Part shown: one piece after another, positions 8,695 to 18,589 of the stretch | Layout of the letters: every line of letters begins with the position of its first letter | Numbering within the stretch: the first letter of the stretch is position 1 | From: an uncultured Acidobacteriota bacterium | GTDB lineage: Bacteria > Acidobacteriota > Terriglobia > Terriglobales > Acidobacteriaceae | Length of the DNA stretch: 64,000 nucleotides | Reading direction: 5' to 3' | Assembly (NCBI GenBank): GCA_963712365.1 | Contig: CAVQHO010000001.1 | Coordinates: forward strand, 32,608 to 96,607 | The notes under the pieces: model-generated | What the model was told of the DNA's origin: nothing | Database searches by the model: none | What the model saw: the letters and a program-made list of their open reading frames with translations, nothing else | Made by a program: the position numbers and the translations under genes

Positions 8695-11446
8695 GTGAGC
8701 ACCACTCCAGATTCGCGAACGCAACCGGCAGACGACGGGTCAGTGATCGCACGCTCACGGCCAGCCAGTCTGGATTCTTTTTTCTGTCCCCGCTCAGTGG
8801 CGCTCATCGGCGCAACCGATCGTCCTGGAACCGTCGGATGGAGCGTCTTATCAAATCTTCTGGAAAGTAAATCTCCGCTCGCGATCTATCCCATTACTCC
8901 GACCCATGAAAAGGTCATGGGGATCGATGCTTACAAACGCGTGACCCACATTCGCGGAGGCGCGGATCTGGCAATCGTTGTAACTCCCGCTAAGGTTGTG
9001 CCGCAAATTATTGGGGAGTGTGTGGATGCAGGTATCAAATATGCAGTGGTAATCTCCGCGGGCTTTCGCGAGCGCGGACCCGAGGGCTTAAATCTCGAAG
9101 ACGCGATCGCAAATCACTTGCAGCGCGGAAAGATGCGCTTGCTGGGTCCGAACTGCATGGGATTCATGAATCCAACCGTAGGGTTGAACGCAACATTTGC
9201 GAAATCCATGCCGGCTAAAGGCAGCGTCGCGTTCCTCAGTCAGAGTGGCGCGCTTGAAACAGCGATTCTGGACTGGAGCCTTCGCGAACACGTAGGTTTC
9301 AGCGCAATCGTCTCTACTGGATCGATGCTCGACATAGGGTGGGGCGATCTTATCTATCACTTTGGGAACGATCCGCACACAAAAAGCATCCTGGTTTACA
9401 TGGAGTCGGTGGGAGATGCCCGATCATTCCTATCGGCCGCTCGCGAGATCGCACTGAGTAAGCCCATCATCGTTATAAAGGCTGGAAGGTCGGAAGCCGG
9501 ATCGCGTGCAGCCGCGTCTCACACAGGGGCCATGACCGGAAGTGATGAGGTTCTCGAGGCCGCCTTCCGGCGTTGCGGCATTTTGCGCGTCCACAACCTG
9601 GCGGATCTTTTTTATATGGCAGAGGTGTTGAGCAAGCAGCCACGGCCGCGGGGACCACGGCTCAGCATAGTGACCAATGCCGGCGGCCCGGGAGTTCTCG
9701 CCACTGATGCCCTCTTGGCCAATGGCGGTGAGCTGGCCGCCCTCTCAGCCCAAACCATAGAAGCCTTGAATGGATGCCTTCCTGCTCATTGGAGCCACAG
9801 CAACCCTGTTGACGTTTTGGCCGACACGGACGCAGAGCGATACGCCAAAACCATCGAGATCGTCTCCGAAGATCCCGGCGCCGACGGATTGCTTGCCATC
9901 ATCGCGCCGCAGGGTCTGGCCGATCCCACCAAAGTCGCGCAGCAAATATCTAAGTACGCTCACAGCACGACCAAGCCAATCATCGCGAGTTGGATGGGCG
10001 GCGATGGCGTTGCGGAAGGCACCGCAGATCTCAATACGGCGGGAATCGCAACATTCTCATATCCCGACACTGCGGCGCGAGCGTTCACTTACATGTGGCG
10101 TTATACCTACAATCTGCGCGGACTGTATGAAACGCCTTCGCTGGTGGAAGAAACGGAGCCGTCCGAGAATTCACGACATGAGGCAAGCGCCATGCTCCAA
10201 CGAGCGCGCGATTCGGGCCGAACGCTGCTGAACGAGTTCGACTCGAAACAGATCCTCGTAGCGTACGGTATCCCGGTTGTCCAAACCTGTGCGGCGTTCA
10301 CAGAAGAAGATGCAATAGCCAAGGCGACAGAAACTGGGTTTCCCGTTGCGGTAAAACTCCTGTCGAACACCATCGCCCACAAGACGGATGTCGATGGGGT
10401 GTGGTTGAATCTGCAGAATCCCGAGCAGGTTAGAGACGCCTTCCGCTCGATTCAGATTTCGGTGGCAAGCAAACGAGGAGCGGATCACTTCGGCGGCGTC
10501 ACCGTGCAGCCGATGATACGGCGCGATGGATACGAACTCATATTCGGGAGCACGGTCGATCCGCAATTTGGTCCTGTGATTTTGTTCGGATCTGGCGGAA
10601 TCATGGCCGAAGTCTATCGGGACTACGCCATCGCCTTGCCTCCACTCAATACCACGCTGGCTCAGCGCCTGATCGAACAGACGCACATTCATAGAGCGTT
10701 GAAAGGCGTGCGCGGCCGCAAGGCGGTGAATATTCCCGAACTGCAAAAGCTGCTCGTGCGTTTCAGCCAGCTTGTTCTCGACCAACCTTGGATAAAAGAG
10801 ATCGACGTGAATCCGTTGCAGGCGGCAGAGGATCAATTCATCGCCCTCGATGCACGCATTGTCATCCACGATTCTTCGATGACGGCGGATCGGCTGCCGC
10901 GTCCATCGATCCGTCCATATCCCTCTCAATATGTATGGCAAACGCAACTAAAAAATGGAACCTCCGTCACCATCCGGCCGATTCGCCCCGAGGACGAACC
11001 ACTGATGGCGCAATTTCACACCACGCTTTCGGAACGCAGCGTCTACCTTCGCTATTTTTGTTCGTTAAGCCTGACGGCGAGAGTGGAGCACGATCGCCTC
11101 GCGCGGATTTGTTTTGCGGGATACGATCGAGGCTTCGCGCTGGTGGCCGAACACTATGAATCCGCGTAGCAGATCACCTGAAATTTTAGGTGTGGCCCGT
11201 TTCAGCGCAATCAATCGCGTGGAGGCCGAAGCCGCCGTTATGGTTTCCGATCAATGGCAGGGTCGTGGGCTGGGAACGGAACTAATGGCAGGACTTGGGC
11301 GCGTTGCGAAAGCTGAGAAATTCCAGCGACTCTCAGGAGAAATCCTGCGTGACAATCTGGCCACACAAGCCATTTTCAAGAAGATCGGATTTCACTTCAG
11401 GGCCACCGAAGACCCCACTTCGATATCGGCGTTTCTCGATCTTTAG
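8695..11446 (+). pseudogene. Pat-like bifunctional ADP-forming acetate--CoA ligase family / GNAT protein acetyltransferase, one frame disruption
   Basis: GTG at 8695. CoA-binding domain (SVALIGATDRPGTVG), succinyl-CoA-synthetase-like and ATP-grasp domains, then a GNAT domain. The GNAT is split between ORF 8695..11169 (..YDRGFALVAEHYESA*) and ORF 11114..11446 (..PEILGVARFS...QWQGRGLGTELM). The frame change lies near 11155-11170. Confidence 0.8.
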
Positions 11447-11519
11447 CGATGCTTCGGTCGGTATCCCCAAAAACTTTTAGCAAGTAGATTCCCACAGTGA
11501 TAGTGGTGGGCGAGGCGCA

Positions 11520-11972
11520 CTATGCGATCGGCGCGGGATGCGAGATCTCCAATTGCGGCTCGAACTTGAGATTCGTTCCCAGGGCGCGGGAGACGAGGCA
11601 GAGCTTCTCAGCTCGCTTCAAAAGTTCGAGTGCCCGGTCCCGATCTTCAGCCGTTGCAATCTTCAAATTCGGGCGGACGACGATCTGCGTAAAGCTGTAG
11701 CCAGAATCGACCCTTCGCACCGTGCCGCTCGCCTCAACCTGCAAATCGGTGAAATCGAACTGAGCTCCGCCTGCGAGCGCACGTACGGTTGTCGTGTAGC
11801 AACCCGCCACCGCGGCCAGTAGAAGTTCCTCGGGCGTCCATCGGCCCTCAAGACCGCCAAATTCCATGGGGGCGGTGAAATGAATGGCATTGGGGGCAGA
11901 ATCGGATTTGGCCAATCCAGTGCGCCCGGAGGTCCACCAAGCTGCCACTCGATATGCGTGTTCTTCACTCAT
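11520..11972 (-). CDS. OsmC/Ohr family peroxiredoxin-like protein
   Basis: 150 aa. PEELLLAAVAGCYTTT and LCLVSRAL carry the two conserved Cys of the OsmC fold. Confidence 0.85.
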   Translation of the reverse strand: MSEEHAYRVAAWWTSGRTGLAKSDSAPNAIHFTAPMEFGGLEGRWTPEELLLAAVAGCYTTTVRALAGGAQFDFTDLQVEASGTVRRVDSGYSFTQIVVRPNLKIATAEDRDRALELLKRAEKLCLVSRALGTNLKFEPQLEISHPAPIA

Positions 11973-12050
11973 AGATCTCCCTCGCTTCCGGGTTCCCGTG
12001 CTGTTCCATGCGCTGACGTTTGATTTTTTACTCCGTATTCTGCGACGGGT

Positions 12051-12437
12051 CTAAGCTGCACCCTCTGCTGATGTGAGGCCGCGCTCTCGCTCTATCTTCT
12101 TAATCTGATTGCGGAGCCATGTTTCCAGGGCCTGTTCCATTTCTTTCTGACTCCCGGTTCGGTAAAGATCCTCCATCGTCACTCCCTCTTTCGTCAGAGG
12201 AATAAAACGGCAAGGGATGTCCGCTTTTTCTTGCCCTTCTGGCACAAAATCCGCAAGGAGGCACTCATCGCATCGATTCGGATGCAAGGGATCACAGAAG
12301 TTCGGACAGATCGGGGAATCTTCAAAGATCGCCGGCGCACGCCATGGAGCACGAGGGGAACGTCCGTAACCCCCATCCAGCAGGAAACTCAATTCAAACC
12401 TGAGGATGTCCAGAATATCGCGTTTATCTTGAGCCAT
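12051..12437 (-). CDS. Hypothetical Cys-rich protein
   Basis: 128 aa. The Cys pattern is C-x3-C-x8-C-x2-C and then a further Cys (SPICPNFCDPLHPNRCDECLL...IPCRF). Palindromes lie 70-170 bp upstream. I recognise no family. Confidence 0.6.
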   Translation of the reverse strand: MAQDKRDILDILRFELSFLLDGGYGRSPRAPWRAPAIFEDSPICPNFCDPLHPNRCDECLLADFVPEGQEKADIPCRFIPLTKEGVTMEDLYRTGSQKEMEQALETWLRNQIKKIERERGLTSAEGAA

Positions 12438-12507
12438 AGGGCACCTCGATGGGTGTCAGCATGCCAAAGAAGAGGGGAAAGCACAGTACAGATGATCACG
12501 GGGACAA

Positions 12508-12521
12508 GTGATTTCGATCAC
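12508..12521. promoter_or_regulatory. Crp/Fnr-type palindrome GTGATTTCGATCAC
   Basis: Perfect GTGAT-N4-ATCAC, 71 bp upstream of the 12437 start. Confidence 0.5.
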
Positions 12522-12593
12522 AGCGCCGATGATGTAAACCGCAATGATTCCCTTGAAGTGACCCGATTTTGCGGCTTTTCCGAAACATGAGCC

Positions 12594-12609
12594 TGTGATC
12601 AAGATCACA
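12594..12609. promoter_or_regulatory. Crp/Fnr-type palindrome TGTGATCAAGATCACA
   Basis: Perfect 16-bp palindrome of the TGTGA-N6-TCACA type. A weaker GCGATCGAAATCAC follows at 12617-12630. Confidence 0.55.
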
Positions 12610-12747
12610 TGCATCCGCGATCGAAATCACCGAGCCTCTTCCTGCGGCCCAGCTAACGTCAAACGATTTCGGCGCCCGGATGACGCCAGCCCAAGAACAA
12701 AGATGTTGAACAGGTGCGATCGCAGGGGTAATGCCCGAAATGTGGGC

Positions 12748-12761
12748 GTGATTCTCGTCAC
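12748..12761. promoter_or_regulatory. Degenerate Crp/Fnr-type site GTGATTCTCGTCAC
   Basis: One mismatch to GTGAT-N4-ATCAC. A further degenerate copy, GTGATATCGATGTC, lies at 12912-12925, about 40 bp before the cytochrome ATG. Confidence 0.35.
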
Positions 12762-12963
12762 AAATGGGGGTGACGCATGGCATAGGTCCACTTCAGTCCG
12801 CGTGTGATCCTACGCCTGCGAGTGAGGTCACTGGGACCGGGACGGAAGCACGATTTGCGCAATCGGATTTCAGGACATGTAGCCGTCACCAGCTCTCTTG
12901 ATCCCTGCGCAGTGATATCGATGTCGTGCACAAAACAAATTTCGTTTCCGGAGGAAGTTACAG

Positions 12964-13284
12964 ATGAGGCATATTTCGTTTCGAGTGGGATCGATCGCTC
13001 TGATGGCGTTCTGTTTGACTTCAGGCTTCGCATCCTCTGCCTTGCCAGGATGCCGCCACCACCTACAAAGCAAAGTGCGCCATGTGCCACGGAGCTGACG
13101 GCAAAGGCGGCAAGATGGGGACCCGCGATTTCGGATCGGCTGAAGTGAAGGCCGAAAGCGACGCTCAATTGACCGAGATCATCACCAAAGGTAAGGCGCC
13201 GAAGATGCCCGCCTACGGTGAAAAGTTGAAAGAGACGGAGATCAAAGAATTGGTCATTCTTACTTCGCGGTCATGGCCAAGTAA
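12964..13284 (+). pseudogene. Monoheme class I c-type cytochrome, frame-disrupted
   Basis: ATG at 12964 gives the signal peptide MRHISFRVGSIALMAFCLTSGFASSA. The next frame carries ..QDAATTYKAKCAMCHGADGKG...KMPAYGEKLKETEIKELV. The frame changes near 13040. A probable second change near 13258 gives the end ..YFAVMAK* (TAA 13282-13284). The 3' end is uncertain. Confidence 0.55.
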
Positions 13285-13343
13285 GCGGTCGAGGCGGCGA
13301 ATCCAGCCGGCCGGAGTCGATTCGAAGATCGGTGGGCGAGAGC

Positions 13344-15340
13344 ATGTTCGCGCGAACAACACGGAGACAAGTTGCGTCTGGAATCGCTCTCACCCTCTTT
13401 TTTACGCTGAATTCAGATGCGCGGCGGCAAAGAAAGAACCTACCTAAGCCTACCGCGGACGAGTGCCTTGCCTGTCACAGTGACGCCACCCTAACTCACG
13501 ACGTCGGCGGCAAGCCAGTGAGCCTGCATGTCGATCCGCAAGCTTTCAAGGACTCGATCCACGGAAGCATGTTCACATGCGTGGACTGCCACACCGATGT
13601 GAAGAGTTCGCCCCACGAAACCACGCCTAGGAAAATCAGCTGCGCGACTTGTCATGCTGACCAGCAGGCTGCGTACGATCGCAGCTTCCATGGCAAATCG
13701 GTCCAGGCTGGCAACCTGAAGGCCGCCACTTGTGTGGATTGCCACGGCGGCCCTCACGAATTGCTGCCGGCGAGCGATCCGAAAGTCTCGAGTCAATCAC
13801 GCCAACATTCCTGCGACTTGTGGCGCGTGTCACAGCCAGAAGTTCGTCATGCAGGATGGCGGCCAGAGCGCGCAGATGGTCGCGTCGTATGCGGAGAGCG
13901 TGCATGGTCATGCCGTGGCCGCTGGTTCGGAGAAAGCAGCTGTCTGTACGGATTGCCATGGCGCCCACGAGATCCTCGACGCCAGAGATTCGAAGTCTCC
14001 GATATTCAAGTTCAATGTGCCGCTGACCTGCGGAAAATGTCACGACACCATCTCGAAAGAATTTCAGCAAAGCATCCACGGAACAGCCGTCGCCCGAGGT
14101 AACTGGCAAGCGCCGGTGTGCACTGATTGTCACGGCATCCATTCGATTAAGGCTCACACAGATCCGAACTCCCCCGTTTCAGCACAAAACATCGCGCAGG
14201 CAACTTGCGCCCGTTGTCATGAAGGCGTTCGGCTCTCGCAGGAATTCGGCATCGAAGGGCGCCGCGACATCGACCTATCTTGCTAGTTATCACGGCCTCG
14301 CGTCCCGCATGGGTTCTCAGGTCGTCGCCAACTGCGCCAGTTGCCACGGCACCCACAGCATTTTCCCATCCGAGCGATCCGCGATCAACGATCAACAGCG
14401 CTAATCTCGCCCGAACTTGCGGGCAGTGTCATCCTGGGGTAACAGAGAAGTTCACTGCCGCCAAAGTTCATGTCGATGCGCCGCTCTCCGCTGATGTCGG
14501 CAGTAAAGCGGTTCGCTGGATTCGGAGCTTCTACTCAGCATGATCGCCATGGTGATCGGCGGCATGCTGCTGCACAACCTAATCATCTGGCGATCCAAGA
14601 TTATTGCCCGGCGCAAATTGCAGCAAAACTTCGTGACTCGAATGCCCCTGCGCTTCCGTTGGCAGCATGCTGCCCTGCTGACCAGTTTCTTCACCCTTGT
14701 ACTGACTGGATTCGCATTGAAGTTTCCCGGCTCGTGGTTCGACGCGCTGCTGGGAATGACGAGCACCTGCGGCATCTGCTGCATCGCGTCGCGGCTATGG
14801 TGCTGATCGGCGTGAGCTTCTACCATATCTTCGACATTGCCTTCACCCGCGAAGGCCGCAAACTGGTTCGCGACTTGTTCCCCACACTAGACGATGCCCG
14901 GGGCGCGTGGCAGAATGTCGCCTACTACCTGGGCTTGAGTTCCAGCAAGCCGGAGTTTCCGCGGTTCAGCTTACGCAGAAAAAGCGGAATATTGGGCTCT
15001 GGTGTGGGGCATGATCGTCATGGCCGTCACCGGCATCATGCTGTGGGCCAAGGTTTTCTTCGGAAACCATGTACCCCGATGGTGGCTTGATATCGCGACC
15101 GCTGTTCACTTCTACGAAGCGATTCTGGCGACTCTCGCGATTTTCGTCTGGCATTTCTATCAGGTGTTCTTTGACCCCGATGTATATCCGATGAACTGGG
15201 CTTGGTGGGACGGAAAGATGACGCTGCACCATTACCGCGAAGAGCATGGTTTGGACGAGAATCCGCAGATCCACTCCGCTGATGCGGTAAGCGAAAGAAA
15301 GAACGTCGAGAGCAGCAGGCGACGAAAGAGAACCGGCTGA
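13344..15340 (+). pseudogene. CbcL-like fusion of an 11-heme c-type cytochrome with an FdnI/HydC-type cytochrome b membrane domain, multiply frame-disrupted
   Basis: ORF fragments 13332..14102, 13732..14286, 14219..14404, 14280..14543, 14540..14806, 14470..15090 and 15002..15340 join colinearly. They give signal MFARTTRRQVASGIALTLFF and 11 CxxCH motifs (CLACH, CVDCH, CATCH, CVDCH, CGACH, CTDCH, CGKCH, CTDCH, CARCH, CASCH, CGQCH). TM helices follow (RFRWQHAALLTSFFTLVLTGFALKF; YAEKAEYWALVWGMIVMAVTGIMLW; HFYEAILATLAIFVWHFY). The frame changes near 13790, 14255, 14368, 14537, 14758 and 14968. Confidence 0.75.
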
Positions 15341-15348
15341 GGTCAATC

Positions 15349-16868
15349 ATGGACGCTGACAGAACTGCAGCTCCGATCGAGCAACGCCATCGCTTGCGAA
15401 TGCTTCTGCGAAATCCCATCAGTCTTGCCGGCGTCGCTCTAGCAATCGTCAGCGTGGCCAATATCTTCATATTCGTTCTGATCGATTTGATTGCGACCAA
15501 GGCGAGTCCCTACATCGGGATCCTGGCCTACATGGTGTCTCCGGGGTTCCTCGTGCTAGGCCTCTTGCTCATGGTCGCGGGAATTTTGCTTGAGCGCCGC
15601 AAGAAAGTCGTCGCTACCGACTTCTATCCGAAGATCGACCTGAATGATCGCGCTCAGCGCAGCGCTGTAATCTCATTTGCGACTTTCCTGATCGTCTTCG
15701 TCATGGTCAGCACGGCAGGCAGCTACAAGGCTTACGAATACACGGAGTCTGTCGCTTTTTGCGGACAGCTCTGCCACACAGTGATGAGTCCGGAGTACAC
15801 CGCTTATCAGCTTTCTCCGCATGCGCGCGTCGCTTGCGCCGAATGTCATGTCGGGAACCGGCGCAACCTGGTTTGTGAAATCGAAACTTTCAGGAAGCCG
15901 CCAGGTTTTCGCCGCAGCCTTCAATACCTTCCCACGCCCCATCCCCACGCCGGTGCACAACCTGCGTCCTGCGCAGGAGACCTGCGAACAGTGCCACTGG
16001 CCGAAGAAGTTTTACGGCGGACAGCTGAAAGTTTTCACGCATTATTCCAGCGATGAAAAGAACAGCATGCGACAAGTGAGGATGATCATCAAGACCGGCG
16101 GTGGCGATCCGGCTACAGGCGCTCCCGAAGGCATCCACTGGCACATGAACATCGCGAACAAGATCGACTACGTCGCTGCCGACGAAAAACGCCAGACGAT
16201 TCCCTACATTCACGTCGAGGATCAGCAAGGCCGAGTCACCGAGTATTACGCGAAAGATTCAACACTCAACAAAGATCAGATCGCGAAGACTCCGCGTCAC
16301 CACATGGATTGTGTCGACTGCCACAACCGCCCCACTCATATCTATGTCTCTCCGGACCAGTCCGTCGATCAGTCTCTGCTGGCCCATCGCATCGATTCTT
16401 CCCTGCCATTTATCAAGCAGGAGGCCGTCACCGTGCTGACCGCAAGCTACCCGACCACGGATGCTGCGGTTCAGGGAATCGCAAAAGGGATGGAGGACTT
16501 CTACGAGAGCAAGTATCCTGATGCGGCCAAGACGAAACAATTGGAGATCCGTGACGCCGTCGCGGAAGTCCAACAAATCTTCAAACGCACCACATTCCCC
16601 GAGATGAAGTTAAATTGGCAGACTCATCCCAATAATCTCGGCCACTTTTATTACAACGGATGTTTTCGCTGCCACGACGGCCAGCATGTCAGCAACGACG
16701 GCAAAGTGATCAGCAAAGAGTGCAACCAGTGCCACACGTTGCTGCCCGAGCCAGGAACTGCGAGCGTGGCGTCGAATACACACGCCGTCCTTCCAGCATC
16801 CCGTCGACATCGGCGACCTGACACAAGTGAACTGCGCCGACTGCCACACTGGCGGAGTCGGGCCTTAA
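15349..16868 (+). pseudogene. ImcH-like inner-membrane 7-heme NapC/NirT-family cytochrome c, frame-disrupted
   Basis: ORFs 15349..16056 and 15821..16939 plus a third-frame tail FQHPVDIGDLTQVNCADCHTGGVGP* (TAA 16866-16868). Three N-terminal TM helices. Hemes CGQLCH, CAECH, CEQCH, CVDCH, CFRCH, CNQCH, CADCH. The frame changes near 15856 (extra A in GGGAACC) and near 16785. Confidence 0.75.
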
Positions 16869-16948
16869 CAGCAAGGCGTCGAACACTGGTGTCCCATCGA
16901 ATTCGCACCGACACGCTCATCTCTAAGCAGGGGGCATAGAATAGCGGC

Positions 16949-17823
16949 GTGAAAAACACGCGCCGCACCTCGCCAGACTTCTTTACCTTTCTTACAGTTG
17001 CGGCATCCACACTCGCGTTCATCGTTCTTTGTTCCGCGGTGACCCTCGGAGACGGCCCCAACCACGCCACGACCGCGGCGGATCGCCTCAATGAGCCGTG
17101 GTGGGCCGAACGTCACAAAGCGATTCTCGATTCCATCCAACACCATCCGGACGCACAACTCTTGATGATTGGCGACTCCATCACCAACAACTACGACAAG
17201 TCCCGGCCGCCGGATGAAAATTTCCTTCCCACCTGGCAGCAGTTCTACGAACCACGCAAGGCGCTCAATCTCGGATTCAGCGGCGACACCACTGCGCACG
17301 TTCTGTGGAGGATCAATCATGGCGAAGTCGACGGACTTCATCCCAAGGTCGCCATCGTCCTGATCGGCACCAACAACACCGGGCACGGAGACACCGCCGA
17401 GGAAACCGAGACCGGCATCGACGCCGTCATCACCGAGCTGGAAAATCGTCTGCCGGAGACGCATATCCTGCTTCTCGGCATTTTGCCGAGCGCGATCTCC
17501 GACAACAAAACGGAGCGCGATCAGCCGTCAACCGCTATCTGGCAACCTGCTACTCCGAAAACCCGCAGGTCACATATCTGGATATTGGATCCATCTTTTT
17601 CTCGAACGGAACGCTCAATACCTCACTCTTTTACGATCCCCGCCTGCCGCAGCATGGCAAGCCACTGCATCCCGACACCAACGGTCAGCGCATGATGGCG
17701 GAAGCCATCGAGCCCACTCTGGCGAGAATGGATGCACGACACACCGCAGCAACCTCTAGCATCCATGACCGACATCAACACGGCGGTGATTCCTGTCGAG
17801 CGCCTCGAACCCGACGTCTATGA
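16949..17823 (+). pseudogene. SGNH/GDSL hydrolase (PAF-acetylhydrolase-like esterase), frame-disrupted
   Basis: LLMIGDSITNNY (block I Ser), NLGFSGDTT, IVLIGTNN. After a frame change near 17520 it continues ..YLDIGSIF...PLHPDTNGQRMMAEAI (block V D..H-like). The 3' end overlaps the next gene and is uncertain. Confidence 0.7.
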
Positions 17824-18458
17824 CTGGTACGCCCGTCACCACGCGGAACTCGACCTGATCAAACACGTGCAACCGCGGGTCGTTCTGATCGGAGATTCCA
17901 TCACGCATTTCTGGGGAGGCATGCCGAACGGAACTACCGTCAACGGTGCTCAGGCATGGCAGAAAGTCTTCGGCGGCATGCCCGTCATCAACATGGGCTT
18001 CGGATGGGACCGCACGCAGAATGTGCTTATGGCGTCTTCGCCAGGGAGAATTCGACGGCCTTCATCCGCAATGGGTCGTACTGGCCATCGGAACCAACAA
18101 TCTGACCGGCACAGAGCACGCGCGCGCCAGCACTCCTCAGGAAATCGTCGAAGGCATCGACGCCATCTGCAAAGAAATCAGCCAGCGTTCACCTGAAACG
18201 CCACATCATTCTGATGGCGATCTTTCCACGCGGCGCGAAATCCGGCGATCCTCTGCGAGCTCCGATCCAGCAGACCAACAGCTTTTAGCCGAGCGCTTCG
18301 CCTACCAGCCCTCCATCACCTTTCTGGACATCGGCCAACAGTTCCTTGCACCAGATGGCTCTCTGCCCGCGGACCTGTTTCCCGACGGCACTCATCCCGC
18401 CCAAGCCGGATATCAGATCTGGGGAGACGCCCTGATCAAGGCAGGAATCAGGCCGTGA
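17732..18458 (+). pseudogene. Second SGNH/GDSL hydrolase, frame-disrupted
   Basis: YDWYARHH...VVLIGDSITHFW, NMGFGWDRTQNVLWRL, VVLAIGTNN, DGTHPAQAGYQIWGDAL. The frame changes near 18026. A compensating pair near 18200 and 18280 hides the stretch HIILMAIFPRGAKSGDPLRAPIQQTN. Confidence 0.7.
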
Positions 18459-18589
18459 TCTCCCGCCAAACCGCGAGACTCTGAAGTTGGCCCCACCCGC
18501 ATGTCGCTTTAAACGTTTCCCGAAAATGGATGTAACGATTTTTCGTGACCCATCACCATCGGGATGTGACCGGTGCCAGCAAACAGCGC

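Noticed and set aside
12496-12807. ORFs 12496..12783 (-) and 12595..12807 (+) in the large intergenic region before the cytochromes.
   Set aside because: There is no RBS, no motifs, and they overlap each other and the palindrome array. The region is better explained as regulatory DNA.
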